Assembly: GCA_963547725.1 (NCBI GenBank)
Contig: CAUUSE010000001.1
Location: forward strand, 1 to 57,325
Direction of reading: 5' to 3'
Origin: an uncultured Candidatus Saccharibacteria bacterium
GTDB lineage: Bacteria; Patescibacteriota; Saccharimonadia; Saccharimonadales; Saccharimonadaceae
DNA length: 57,325 nucleotides
The notes beneath the pieces are model-generated. The model was given only the letters and a program-made list of their open reading frames with translations, ran no database searches and had not been told where the DNA came from. The translations under genes were made by a program, and so were the position numbers. Shown here piece by piece: positions 9,833-20,099 of this stretch (position 1 is its first letter; each line of letters begins with the position of its first letter).

Positions 9833-10174
9833 ATGACAATTGATGAGTATGCCAAGAAGGCTATCGCGACACTGATCGGTACGCATGAATACGGGGACGT
9901 TGACGCGCGACTGATGGCACAAGTGCTTGGACTGGTTGGTGAGTCGGGCGAAGTGGCTGAAAAGTTCAAAAAGCTGGTTCGCGACAAGCAGGGCATATTG
10001 ACAGACGATGACCGCACAGAGATTCTCAAAGAATTAGGCGACGTGTTGTGGTATGTTAATGCAGTGGCGCATCTGCTCGGTTCTAGCCTCGAGGAAGTTG
10101 CCCAGATGAACAACCAAAAGCTCGCTAGCCGCCAAGCCCGTCAGCAACTGCATGGGCAGGGCGATAATCGCTAA
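9833..10174 (+). CDS. MazG-like nucleotide pyrophosphohydrolase
   Basis: LGLVGESGEVAEKFKK, KELGDVLWY, NNQKLASR. Confidence 0.88.
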   Translation: MTIDEYAKKAIATLIGTHEYGDVDARLMAQVLGLVGESGEVAEKFKKLVRDKQGILTDDDRTEILKELGDVLWYVNAVAHLLGSSLEEVAQMNNQKLASRQARQQLHGQGDNR

Positions 10175-10229
10175 TATTTCTCATTGAACTCCCATACAAT
10201 ATGCGCTATACTCAAGCATAAGGGTAATT

Positions 10230-12011
10230 ATGCGCATTTCTGACAGTAGTATTGAGAAGATTTTGCGCCAGGGTGAGGTAATTTCTGAGTCACAGCTGGC
10301 TGAGTTAAAAATGGAGGCGGAACGTACGCACCATTCATTGCAGACGATTATCTTGGAGCACAGGGTTCTGAGTGAGGTACAGCTTGGGCAAAAAATTGGT
10401 GAATATATCAATGTGCCGTTTGTGACGATCGAGCCAAAGGATATCCCTGATGACGTCCTCAAGCGTATCCCCGAACATATCGCTCGCCAGTACAATGTCG
10501 TATTGTTTGCGGTTGATGATAATGGCGTCCTGAGTCTGGCGATGGAAGATCCGGATGATGTGCAGGCGCTGAACTTCATCCAGAAAGAGATTGGTTACAA
10601 CATCAAGGTATTCCTGGCGACAAAAAATAACATTCTTGACTGCCTGGAGAATTATCGCGGTAATATTACCGATGAGCTGGATGAGGTGGTATCAATTCAG
10701 AGTGGTGCTGAATCAGAGTCGCAAAATGTTTCTGAGGAGGAAATTTCTGAGAATTCGCCGATCGCCCAGACGGTTAACTTGCTGCTGGAGTATGCTATCA
10801 AGTCGGGCGCCTCCGACATTCACATCGAGCCGCGCGAGGATTTCGTCCAAGTTCGTTACCGAATTGACGGCGTGCTCAAGGAAGTGAATAAATTGCCGCG
10901 CAATGTCCAGGGTGCGCTGGTTAGTCGTATCAAGATTTTGTCAAACTTAAAAATTGACGAACGCCGCGTACCGCAAGATGGCCGCTTCAAGATCAAGGTT
11001 TCGGGTAAGCAGTACGCGCTGCGTGTGTCGACGCTGCCGATCGCTGATGGCGAGAAAATTGTCATGCGTATTTTGGACGAGTCCAACCAGGCAGTTGCCC
11101 TCGATAGCCTCGGCTATTGGGGGTTGTCGCTGAGTACACTTAAAGACGCCATGGCACAACCAAATGGTATGATCTTGGTGACTGGGCCGACTGGTTCGGG
11201 AAAATCGACCTCGCTGTTTAGTGTGCTGTCAGAACTTAATACGCCGGATGTGAATATCTCAACCATTGAAGACCCGGTTGAATACAAAATCCCTGGGGTC
11301 AACCAAACCCAGACTAACTCGAAAGCCGGCATGACCTTCGCTTCAGGACTGCGCGCGCTGCTGCGCCAGGACCCGAATATTATCATGGTTGGAGAGATTC
11401 GCGACGGCGAGACCGCCAACCTGGGTGTGCAGGCAGCGCTGACCGGGCACTTGGTGTTTTCAACGCTCCACACCAACAACGCAGCGACCTGTTTGCCGCG
11501 TCTCCTTGATATGGGAATTGAGCCGTTCTTGATCGCCTCGACGGTCAAGGCGGTGATTGGTCAGCGCTTGGTGCGGCGATTGTGTATGCATTGTCGTCAG
11601 CAATATGTGCCGGATGCCGGGGAGCTCGCCTATATCGTTCAGATGTTTAATCTCAAACAGGGCTCGATGCAGCGGCTACATGCGCTAGAGCAGCAGGCAG
11701 CAGCTGACAAGATCGGTGGTAATACACCGCTCGGCTCGACTGACGTGACGATTCAGTATTTATGGCGGCCAAATCCTGAGGGCTGTGACGAGTGCGGTCA
11801 TAATGGTTTCAAGGGGCGCGTTGGTATTTACGAGGTCCTCGGTATTTCGATTCCGATCCAAAAGATGATCACCGCTAATGCTACTAGTAATGAGATCCAG
11901 CAGCAGGCGATTACCGAAGGAATGGTAACGATGCAGACGGATGGTTTCGTTAAGTCGCTGCGTGGCGTGACAACGCTAGAGGAAGTTTTGAGAGCAACAA
12001 GGGAGCAATAA
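10230..12011 (+). CDS. pilB: Type IV pilus assembly ATPase (GspE/PilB)
   Basis: ASDIHIEP, RVPQDG, GPTGSGKST, TIEDPVE, LRQDPNIIMVGEIRD, TGHLVFSTLHTN, two CxxC. Confidence 0.95.
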   Translation: MRISDSSIEKILRQGEVISESQLAELKMEAERTHHSLQTIILEHRVLSEVQLGQKIGEYINVPFVTIEPKDIPDDVLKRIPEHIARQYNVVLFAVDDNGVLSLAMEDPDDVQALNFIQKEIGYNIKVFLATKNNILDCLENYRGNITDELDEVVSIQSGAESESQNVSEEEISENSPIAQTVNLLLEYAIKSGASDIHIEPREDFVQVRYRIDGVLKEVNKLPRNVQGALVSRIKILSNLKIDERRVPQDGRFKIKVSGKQYALRVSTLPIADGEKIVMRILDESNQAVALDSLGYWGLSLSTLKDAMAQPNGMILVTGPTGSGKSTSLFSVLSELNTPDVNISTIEDPVEYKIPGVNQTQTNSKAGMTFASGLRALLRQDPNIIMVGEIRDGETANLGVQAALTGHLVFSTLHTNNAATCLPRLLDMGIEPFLIASTVKAVIGQRLVRRLCMHCRQQYVPDAGELAYIVQMFNLKQGSMQRLHALEQQAAADKIGGNTPLGSTDVTIQYLWRPNPEGCDECGHNGFKGRVGIYEVLGISIPIQKMITANATSNEIQQQAITEGMVTMQTDGFVKSLRGVTTLEEVLRATREQ

Positions 12012-13238
12012 ATGACAAAATTTAAATATATCGCAACTAAAAATAACAATCAGCCGATCAACGGCGAGCTAGAAGCCAGTAGTCGCGCCAGTGCTATCCA
12101 GCTCATTCAAGCTCAGGGTATGAAGTTGGTCGATCTCAAGGAAGCTGGCGATGAAAAGAAGGGCTTTCGCTTTGGGGGTGGCAAAAAGTCAGTACCGACC
12201 GAGGAGCTAGTTAGCTTTACCAGGCAGCTGAGCACCATGGTGTCTGCCGGTGTACCAATCCTCAGGTCGCTCAACTCAATGGCGCAGCATGCCGAGAGTC
12301 CGCATTTTCGTGAGATTTTGAATGCAGTATCTAAGGAGATTGAAGGCGGTACCTCGTTCGCTGATGCGCTGAGCAAGCATCCTGAGGCGTTTAGTGATGT
12401 GTATGTCAACATGGTGCGCGCCGGTGAAGCGGGCGGTATTCTTGATGATATTTTGAAGCGCCTGGCCCTGCAGCAGGAAAAGAACTCATCAATGAAAAAG
12501 AAGATCAAGAGTGCTATGACCTATCCGATGGTGCTGATCGTCATCACTATCGGGGCGTTCTTTGGTTTGATGATTTTTGTCCTGCCGATGATTGGCAAGA
12601 CAATTAAAGATCTGGCGGGCGAGGACGCAGAGCTACCAGCTCTGACGCAGGCGCTGATGAGCATTAGTCAGTTTATGGTGAGTTTTTGGTATATTATTTT
12701 CCCGTTGCTATTTGGCGGTGTGTATGCGCTGCTTCGCTACATCAAGTCGCCAAAAGGTAAAGTCAAGTTCCATCATTTTGTCCTGAAAGCACCGATTGTC
12801 AGTAAGATTATTCGCAAGGTGGCAGTGGCGCGGTTTACGCGTACCTTTTCGGCGCTAATCGGTGCGGGCGTGTCGGTACTGGAGGCGCTGGAGGTAACGG
12901 CCCGGGCGGTTGGCAACACGGTGTATCAAGATTCATTGCTTGATGCTGCCAAGCGCATTAAGAATGGCGAGGTCTTGTCGCGGATTATCAATGAGCGCGA
13001 AGATCTCTATCCACCAATCGTTGGCCAGATGCTGGCGGTCGGTGAAGAGACGGGCCAGACGGATAAGGTGCTGGTCAAGGTGGCGGATTTTTATGAGGAA
13101 GAGGTCGATGCAGCGATTAGCGGTTTGAGTTCGACGATTGAGCCGGTGATGATCGTCTTTATGGGTGGTATGGTCGGCTTGATCGCGGCGGCGGTGATGA
13201 TGCCGATTACTGGATTAGCAAATCAAATTAAGGGGTAG
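12012..13238 (+). CDS. pilC: Type IV pilus platform protein (GspF/PilC)
   Basis: FTRQLSTMVSAGVPI, AGEAGG, AMTYP, VGEETG, IEPVMIV. Confidence 0.95.
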   Translation: MTKFKYIATKNNNQPINGELEASSRASAIQLIQAQGMKLVDLKEAGDEKKGFRFGGGKKSVPTEELVSFTRQLSTMVSAGVPILRSLNSMAQHAESPHFREILNAVSKEIEGGTSFADALSKHPEAFSDVYVNMVRAGEAGGILDDILKRLALQQEKNSSMKKKIKSAMTYPMVLIVITIGAFFGLMIFVLPMIGKTIKDLAGEDAELPALTQALMSISQFMVSFWYIIFPLLFGGVYALLRYIKSPKGKVKFHHFVLKAPIVSKIIRKVAVARFTRTFSALIGAGVSVLEALEVTARAVGNTVYQDSLLDAAKRIKNGEVLSRIINEREDLYPPIVGQMLAVGEETGQTDKVLVKVADFYEEEVDAAISGLSSTIEPVMIVFMGGMVGLIAAAVMMPITGLANQIKG

Positions 13239-13298
13239 TTGGTTTTTCAAAATGCTTATGCTATACTTAACAAAAAGAAGAGATGTGGGCAAACGATA

Positions 13299-14348
13299 GT
13301 GGCAAATATTTTCTACAAGTCAAAGCCGATCATCGGGCTTGATATTAACAAGGCCGGCGTTCGGGTAATGTCAGTCGATATGGCACGGATGACGGTGCAT
13401 GGATACGGCGCAATTGAGCTGGATCCGGCGAAGGACGAGAGCGATGACCGGGCAGAGTATCTCTGCGGCAAGATCAATCAAATGTTTGAAAAGAATATTG
13501 TCGGGCGGCTTGGCAGTAACCGCGTGGTACTGGGGTTGCCGACGACCAAGACATATGCGCGCACCTTTGCGCTGCCGATCAAGCAGGAGAATAAGATTGA
13601 GGAGGCGGTGAATCTCGAGGTCGAGCAGTATGTGCCGATGCCGCTTGATTCGCTCTACGTCGATCATCAGATTATCAAGCGCGGCAAAGAGAATTTATCG
13701 GTATTGATGTGCGCGGTGCCGCAAAAGATCGTTGACGAGCAGCTAGCGATTGTTGAATCGTGCGGTATTGAGGTGGCGATGATTGAGCCGAGTATCAATG
13801 CGGTGGCACGACTGCTTGAGCGAACCAAAGAGGGGTCGCTGCCGACAGTCATCGTTGACATCGGCCCGGCGACGACCGATATCGCTATTCTTGATGCGGC
13901 AATTCGCGTGACCGGTGGTCTAAACATTGGTGGTAATACATTGACGCTTGACATCGCGAAAAAATTGAACGTACCACTCGAGACAGCGCACCAATTCAAG
14001 GTGCTTAACGGCCTCAACACTGGCCCTCGTCAGGAAAAGATTACCGAGGCACTAAAGCCGAGCCTGCAGCGGATCATCGGTGAAATCCAGAAAGTTATTC
14101 GCTACTACACCGATCGCTTCCCGGATGAATCCCGCCTTGAACAGGTGTTGATCGTTGGTAGCGGTAGTAGTGTGCCAGGGCTTGGTGAGTACTTTACGGG
14201 CGAGCTGACCCTGCCAGCACGAGTGGCTAGTCCGTGGCAGTCGCTGAACTTTAATAATTTAGCACCGCCGGCCAAACAGCTACGACCGCGGTTTATGACA
14301 GCAGCTGGCTTATCACTGGTGCGAGCGGAGGAGATTTGGCATGATTAA
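13299..14348 (+). CDS. pilM: Type IV pilus alignment protein PilM
   Basis: IGLDI, VEQYVPMP, IVDIGPATTDI, IGGNTLT, VGSGSSVPGL (actin-like fold). Confidence 0.9.
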   Translation: MANIFYKSKPIIGLDINKAGVRVMSVDMARMTVHGYGAIELDPAKDESDDRAEYLCGKINQMFEKNIVGRLGSNRVVLGLPTTKTYARTFALPIKQENKIEEAVNLEVEQYVPMPLDSLYVDHQIIKRGKENLSVLMCAVPQKIVDEQLAIVESCGIEVAMIEPSINAVARLLERTKEGSLPTVIVDIGPATTDIAILDAAIRVTGGLNIGGNTLTLDIAKKLNVPLETAHQFKVLNGLNTGPRQEKITEALKPSLQRIIGEIQKVIRYYTDRFPDESRLEQVLIVGSGSSVPGLGEYFTGELTLPARVASPWQSLNFNNLAPPAKQLRPRFMTAAGLSLVRAEEIWHD

Positions 14349-14901
14349 TCTATTACCTCCGAAAGTTAAACGTGAGATTGTCGCCGGCCGGTCAAATGTA
14401 ATATTGTGGCGCTACTGCGTGGTGTCGTTAATCCTCGGCTTCTTACTCATTGTGGCGACAGTAGGTATTTATTTGATCATGGAGCATGCAAAAACGACTG
14501 CTCAGCAGACGATTGAGACGGGTAACCGTCGGGCGCTGCAGTATCAAAAAGTCCAGCAGGATTATGACTCGTTTAGTGCAAACCTCAAGATTGCTAAAGC
14601 AATCCTTGATAAAGACGTGCGATATTCAAAGGTGGCACTCAAGATTGCCCAGGCGATGCCATCGGGAACAATTTTGCAAACGTTGACGCTGGATAGCAAG
14701 AAGCTCGGCACGCCGATGACTATCAACGCACGCGGCAAAACGTATGGCGATGCACTGCGGCTGAAGGACAGTTTTCAGCAGTCAAACCTCTTTAAGGATG
14801 TTAATCTCGCCTCGGCGGTGGCCGAAAAAGAAAACAAGGACGGTTACCCAATCAATATTACAATTAATGTGACGATGGTGCCGGAGGTCGCGAAGCAATG
14901 A
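14341..14901 (+). CDS. pilN: PilN-like protein
   Basis: MINLLP N-terminal signature, TM helix, directly after pilM. Confidence 0.85.
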   Translation: MINLLPPKVKREIVAGRSNVILWRYCVVSLILGFLLIVATVGIYLIMEHAKTTAQQTIETGNRRALQYQKVQQDYDSFSANLKIAKAILDKDVRYSKVALKIAQAMPSGTILQTLTLDSKKLGTPMTINARGKTYGDALRLKDSFQQSNLFKDVNLASAVAEKENKDGYPINITINVTMVPEVAKQ

Positions 14902-15527
14902 GTGAGAGAAAACGAGAAAAAATGACACCGGCGGTGACCATGCGGATCGTCTTTGCGCTGTCGCTAGTACTGATCTTGGTCGGCATGGGAGGGATCGTTT
15001 ATTTCGGCTACACCATGCTGCAGGGTACCGCTGAGGAAGTCTCTAAGATTCAGACTGAGGCAAAAGCGGTTGACGCTAAGGTGCAAAATCTAGCGCGGCT
15101 GGAAAAGGAGATGGAGAAATATAAGGATAGTGTTGCCAAGGCTCGGCAGCTAGTAGCAGAAACTCAGCAATATCAATATCAGAATCAGATCATCAATGAC
15201 CTCACTACTTACGCCAATCAATCAGGCGTTGGCATTGCTGGGTTCACCTTCACATCAGGCTCGGCTGGAGCCAAGTCAAACTCGGGTTCATCAGGAACCT
15301 CGGGTACGAATAATAGCTCCGGTTCAAACAGCGCTGCCGGGCCAAAAAGCATGAAAGTGTCGGTCCGCCTCAACGAAAAAACAGATTACATGGCGCTGCT
15401 TCGATTTATGCATTTGATTGAGCAGAACTTGACGCGGATGCAGATCGCTAGTGTCAGTATGTCCAAGGCTGAGGGGGTAGGCCAAGTGAGTACGCAAACT
15501 CTGGATGTGGAGGTATATGTTCGATGA
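14898..15527 (+). CDS. PilO-like protein
   Basis: TM plus coiled coil; YMALLRFMHLIEQNL; follows pilN with ATGA overlap. Confidence 0.7.
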   Translation: MSERKREKMTPAVTMRIVFALSLVLILVGMGGIVYFGYTMLQGTAEEVSKIQTEAKAVDAKVQNLARLEKEMEKYKDSVAKARQLVAETQQYQYQNQIINDLTTYANQSGVGIAGFTFTSGSAGAKSNSGSSGTSGTNNSSGSNSAAGPKSMKVSVRLNEKTDYMALLRFMHLIEQNLTRMQIASVSMSKAEGVGQVSTQTLDVEVYVR

Positions 15528-15811
15528 AAAATTCACCTGATATTTCACAAATTGGTACACTGGTGTCGCGGTTTTTCCATCGCTACCACGTTATCCTCTA
15601 TACATTGACGGTGGTGGTTGGTGTGTCGGTGGCAATTTTCCTGCTCTACAGCCTGCTCGCCTCGTCAAATCCAAAAGAAGATACCATTCAGCAACAGACG
15701 ACGCGATTTGACCAGAAGACAATTGACCAGATCAACAGTTTCCGTACGCGCGATACCGCCAACGCCAATTTTAGTCTGCCGGCAGGGCGGACGAACCTGT
15801 TTGCCGAATAG
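15524..15811 (+). CDS. Small single-pass membrane protein of pilus operon (PilP position)
   Basis: ATGA overlap; TM helix; C-terminal GRTNLF resembling the R-x-N-P-F motif. Confidence 0.6.
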   Translation: MKNSPDISQIGTLVSRFFHRYHVILYTLTVVVGVSVAIFLLYSLLASSNPKEDTIQQQTTRFDQKTIDQINSFRTRDTANANFSLPAGRTNLFAE

Positions 15812-15838
15812 CGTGGATATCGCTATAATGTGAGAAGT

Positions 15839-16423
15839 ATGCTAATTTCTGCTGAACGATTTGATAACGCACCGGTGATGAGCCTGCAGACTGGCTCGGA
15901 ACTGGCACGGACATCGCGGGCGGTGATCGACCCGCGCAATTTATCGATCGTGGCGTATGAGCTGGAGGGACCGACGCTTGATCAATCGCCGAGTTTACTA
16001 CGGATCGCCGATGTGCGGGAAATTGGGCCGCTAGGTCTGATCATTGATTCGGCGGACGAGCTGATTATGCCGAGCGACGTCCTGAAGATCAAGGAAGTGT
16101 ATGAATTTCAGTTCGCACTAGTCGGCAAGCACGTTATTGACGGGAAAAAACGTAAGGTCGGTAAGGTCATCGGCTATACGCTAGAGGCCGGTAATTTTGT
16201 CATTCAGCAGCTCCGGGTGCGGCGACCGCTGCTCAAGAGTTTTGGCGATACTGAACTGCTGATTCATCGTTCGCAAATTGTTCGTGTGACCGACGAACAT
16301 ATCGTTGTCAAGACGCCAGAGATCCGCCACAAGGAGCCGGTCGTGCAGCCACAAGCAACGTTCGAAAATCCATTCCGAAAGGCGCACCCTGCGGCCGAAG
16401 CTGACGGCAGCGACAGCAAATGA
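15839..16423 (+). CDS. PRC-barrel domain protein
   Basis: Two PRC-like repeats (PVMSLQTGSELA..VIDP; LVGKHVIDGKKRKVGKV). Confidence 0.72.
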   Translation: MLISAERFDNAPVMSLQTGSELARTSRAVIDPRNLSIVAYELEGPTLDQSPSLLRIADVREIGPLGLIIDSADELIMPSDVLKIKEVYEFQFALVGKHVIDGKKRKVGKVIGYTLEAGNFVIQQLRVRRPLLKSFGDTELLIHRSQIVRVTDEHIVVKTPEIRHKEPVVQPQATFENPFRKAHPAAEADGSDSK

Positions 16424-16896
16424 ACCAAATTATGACCAGTACCGCAGCGATGCAGCGGCTGGGTCAAGTGATTGGGCGCAACCTGAAGGGTGGTGAGGTG
16501 ATTGAGCTGGTCGGGGACATTGGCGCCGGCAAGACGACACTGACGAAGGGCATCGCCAAGGGGCTCGACATTACTGAACCGGTGCAGAGCCCAACGTTTA
16601 CTATTTCCCGTGTGTACCAGTCGCCGGGCGGCTTGACGCTGGCTCATTATGATTTTTATCGATTGGGTGAGGCGGGTATCATGGCGGAGGAAATTCACGA
16701 GGTAACTATGCAACCGCAGACCGTAACAGTGGTTGAGTGGGCTGGTGCCGTCGAGCAGGTGCTGCCGGCCGATCGACTGACGGCGAGGATTCTAGCAATT
16801 GACGAGCAATCGCGGCGTGTCACACTGAGTGCTGGCGGGCCGACGAGCCAGACGCTCCTCGCGGCAATCAGCGCGGCAGACGAGGAGTTGGCGTGA
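16420..16896 (+). CDS. tsaE: t6A biosynthesis ATPase
   Basis: GDIGAGKTT, VQSPTFTI, HYDFYRL, VEWA. Confidence 0.95.
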   Translation: MNQIMTSTAAMQRLGQVIGRNLKGGEVIELVGDIGAGKTTLTKGIAKGLDITEPVQSPTFTISRVYQSPGGLTLAHYDFYRLGEAGIMAEEIHEVTMQPQTVTVVEWAGAVEQVLPADRLTARILAIDEQSRRVTLSAGGPTSQTLLAAISAADEELA

Positions 16897-17267
16897 TTAT
16901 TCTGCTCGATACATCGACGATGACGTGCCGTTTAACGATTGTTCAGGGCGATAGCCGGCGAGAGGTAGCGTGGGAAGCGGGTCGTGGTTTAGCCCGGGGG
17001 CTGCTACGATTTTTGGACGAGCAGACAGGCGGCATTCACCACACCAGTGGTATCGGCATCATGCGTGGGCCGGGCAGCTTTACGGGACTGAGGATTGGTT
17101 GTGCGGTGGCAAACACGCTGGCGGAGGGACTCGGTGTTCCGATCGTTGGCAGTAGTGGCGATCACTGGCGAGATGACTGCCTGGAGCGGCTGAAGCGCGG
17201 CGAAAACGACACGATTATTCTCCCCGAATATGGCGGCGAAGCTCACATCACGACTCCGCGCAAATAG
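16893..17267 (+). CDS. tsaB: t6A biosynthesis protein, short form
   Basis: LLDTST, GPGSFTGLRIG; only 124 aa. Confidence 0.88.
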   Translation: MIILLDTSTMTCRLTIVQGDSRREVAWEAGRGLARGLLRFLDEQTGGIHHTSGIGIMRGPGSFTGLRIGCAVANTLAEGLGVPIVGSSGDHWRDDCLERLKRGENDTIILPEYGGEAHITTPRK

Positions 17268-17422
17268 TGGTATTTTCCTCCGCAATATCGTACAATAAAA
17301 GTAAGGCGGCTTTAGATTAGTGGCTCGGGCCGTTTTATTGCATCAGTTGAATATGGTCAGTCGTTGATACATTTCTCGGGGTGTATACCCGGGGCGATTG
17401 GTCAGAAAAGAAAGGAAATCAT

Positions 17423-18913
17423 ATGGTAGGAATAGTTATTGGCGGCTTGGTTGGCGCGGCACTTGGCGTGGGCGGTTTTTACGCCTATCAGCGAACAAGG
17501 CAAGCTAATGGCAAGTCGCAAATTGAGCGTGACATTGCCGAGGCAAAGAGTAAGGCCAGCGACATTGTCCTGAAGGCTAAGGACGAAGCCTTAAAAATCG
17601 AAAATGAGCGCCGCCGCGAGTGGCAAAAGACCGAGAATCGGTTGGCGGATCGCGAGCAGACGCTGGATCGGAAATTGGACGAACTAGATAAGCGGGCGGA
17701 GAAGCTGCGCACGCACGAAGATGAGGTTGACAATCTCAAGGAAGAGATTCGCACTATTCGCACGCGTCAGCAGGAGAAGCTCGAGAAGATTGCGGGCCTA
17801 AAGAAAAAGGATGCTGCCGACAAGCTCATGCAAATGACCGAGCGCGATATCAAGAATGATCTGGTTAGCTTGGTGTCGAAATTACAACACGAGGCTATGG
17901 ATGATGCCGAAGAGCGGGCGCAGATGATCTTGCTCACCGCGATGGAGCGGATGAGCAGCGAGGTAACGGCTGAGCGAACAGTTACGGCCGTCAAGCTGAC
18001 TGATGATGAGATGAAAGGTCGGATTATCGGTAAGGAAGGCCGCAACATTCAGGCACTGCAGCGCGAGACTGGTGTCGATATTTTGGTGGATGACACGCCG
18101 GGTATGATCGTGCTGTCGAGTTTCGATCCGATTCGCCGGCAGGTGGCTCGCTTGAGTCTCGAGATATTGATGAAAGATGGTCGTATCCATCCGGCCCGCA
18201 TCGAAGAAGTCGTCGCCAAGGCGAAAAAGCAGATCGATAAAGAAGTCAAGCAGGCTGGTGAGGATGCCATGCGCGAGACGGGCGTTGTCGGCATCCCGAA
18301 GGAAATGCAGCGACTGCTAGGTGAGCTGAAATTCCGAACAAGTTACGGGCAGAACGTATTGAAGCATTCGACCGAGATGGCCCAGATGGCTGGGATGATC
18401 GCTGAGGAAATTGGTGCCGATGTGCGCATCACGAAAATTGCGACACTGCTGCATGACGTTGGCAAGGCGGTGACGCACAAGATCGAGGGCAAGCATCACC
18501 ACATCGGTGCCGAGCTAGCGCGCAAATACGGCATGGACGAGCGGATCGTTCACGCTATTGAAGCGCATCACGATGATATCGAGGCGACGACACCAGAGGC
18601 ATTAATTGTGCGAGTGTGCGACGCTGCCAGCGCCGCTCGGCCAGGAGCGCGCAATATTTCGGCTGAGAACTTTGCCGAGCGGATGCGCGATCTAGAAAAT
18701 GTAGCAACCAGCTTTGCCGGCGTTGATAAGGCCTATGCGATATCGGCTGGGCGTGAAGTGCGGGTGATCGTCCGGTCAGAGGACATTGATGATCTAAGCG
18801 CATTCAAACTGTCGCGCGATATCGCCACCAAGATTGAATCGACCATGCAGTACCCAGGCACCATCAAGGTTAACGTTATCCGCGAAACACGGGCGATCGA
18901 GTACGCAAAATGA
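17423..18913 (+). CDS. rny: Ribonuclease Y
   Basis: N-terminal TM, coiled coil, KH (MKGRIIGKEGRNI), HD (LLHDVGK), AISAGREVRV; RBS AAAGGAA. Confidence 0.96.
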   Translation: MVGIVIGGLVGAALGVGGFYAYQRTRQANGKSQIERDIAEAKSKASDIVLKAKDEALKIENERRREWQKTENRLADREQTLDRKLDELDKRAEKLRTHEDEVDNLKEEIRTIRTRQQEKLEKIAGLKKKDAADKLMQMTERDIKNDLVSLVSKLQHEAMDDAEERAQMILLTAMERMSSEVTAERTVTAVKLTDDEMKGRIIGKEGRNIQALQRETGVDILVDDTPGMIVLSSFDPIRRQVARLSLEILMKDGRIHPARIEEVVAKAKKQIDKEVKQAGEDAMRETGVVGIPKEMQRLLGELKFRTSYGQNVLKHSTEMAQMAGMIAEEIGADVRITKIATLLHDVGKAVTHKIEGKHHHIGAELARKYGMDERIVHAIEAHHDDIEATTPEALIVRVCDAASAARPGARNISAENFAERMRDLENVATSFAGVDKAYAISAGREVRVIVRSEDIDDLSAFKLSRDIATKIESTMQYPGTIKVNVIRETRAIEYAK

Positions 18914-19437
18914 TAAAAAGTGGTTGGTTACCGTATGAGGAATGGCAGAAGGCGCAGGACACTCGGATCGCCAGCGCCGCACTACTGATCGAAAATTCAG
19001 CGGGCGAGCTGCTCACAGTCAAGGCGTATTACAAGACGCATTGGAGTCTGCCTGGTGGTATGGTTGACGCTGGCGAAACGCCGCTACAGGCAGCACTTCG
19101 TGAAACCCGAGAAGAGGTCGGGCTGGTCGTTACCGAGGATGAGGTTTCATTTTTTGCGGTAGCCTCACGCTCCAGCGACAAAGGACTGGCGCATCAATAT
19201 ATCTTTCGGGTGGTTCTGGATGATGCGCGACTGGAACGAATTGTCTTGCAGCAGTCGGAAATTAATGCCTATCAGTTCATGAGTCGCGACGCAGTGCTGG
19301 CAAGCAATGAAGGATTCGCGTGGTCGATACCACATTGGGCTCATCATCAGCCAGGCGGTTATGTCGAGACGCGAATCGTTGATGGCGATGACGAACGTCA
19401 AGAGGCGGTTACGCAATTCGTGGGATTTGGTTCGTAG
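18910..19437 (+). CDS. NUDIX hydrolase
   Basis: WSLPGGMVDAGETPLQAALRETREEVG. Confidence 0.92.
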   Translation: MIKSGWLPYEEWQKAQDTRIASAALLIENSAGELLTVKAYYKTHWSLPGGMVDAGETPLQAALRETREEVGLVVTEDEVSFFAVASRSSDKGLAHQYIFRVVLDDARLERIVLQQSEINAYQFMSRDAVLASNEGFAWSIPHWAHHQPGGYVETRIVDGDDERQEAVTQFVGFGS

Positions 19438-19457
19438 GGAAAATAAACGGAGGAGGA

Positions 19458-20096
19458 ATGATGGGAATATTGGTTATCAGTCGACACGGTGAGAGTGAAT
19501 GGAATCTGCTCGGCAAGTGGACGGGCTGGACGGACGTGGGGCTCACGGAAAAGGGGCGAGCTGACACAGTGCGGCTGGGTGCGCTACTCAAAGACATCAG
19601 GTTTGACGAGGCGTATACGTCGGCGCTGCAGCGGACACACCAAACGCTGGACGCACTGCTTGAGGGGCGCGGTGAGGGCAGTTTACCAACGACACAGGCA
19701 GCCGAGCTGAACGAGCGTGATTATGGTGATCTGACCGGTAAAAATAAGTGGGAAGTCAAGGCTGAGATTGGTGAGGAAGCATTCAACGGTATTCGGCGCG
19801 GCTGGGACTATCCGGTGCCAGGCGGTGAAACGCTCAAGGATGTTCATGCGCGGGTCGTGCCATATTTTGAGCGGGAGATACTACCGAAATTACAGGCGGG
19901 TGAGAACATTCTATTGGTGGCGCATGGTAATTCTATCCGCGCACTGATGAAGCACCTCGACTGCATACCAGAAGCAGACATGGCACATGTGGAAATGCCG
20001 TTTGGCCAGTTACTGGTTTACACCTTTGAGCCGACGTCTGATCTACCGATGAATAAAGATGTATTGTCGGTGGAGATTGAGGCGGTGAACGCGTAA
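19458..20096 (+). CDS. gpmA: 2,3-bisphosphoglycerate-dependent phosphoglycerate mutase
   Basis: RHGESEWN, TGWTDV, LNERDYGDLTG, VAHGNSIRAL. Confidence 0.93.
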   Translation: MMGILVISRHGESEWNLLGKWTGWTDVGLTEKGRADTVRLGALLKDIRFDEAYTSALQRTHQTLDALLEGRGEGSLPTTQAAELNERDYGDLTGKNKWEVKAEIGEEAFNGIRRGWDYPVPGGETLKDVHARVVPYFEREILPKLQAGENILLVAHGNSIRALMKHLDCIPEADMAHVEMPFGQLLVYTFEPTSDLPMNKDVLSVEIEAVNA

Positions 20097-20099
20097 TTT

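Noticed and set aside
16893..17267. Short tsaB as a pseudogene
   Set aside because: Clean coupled start and stop with no downstream remnant; consistent with a naturally short form
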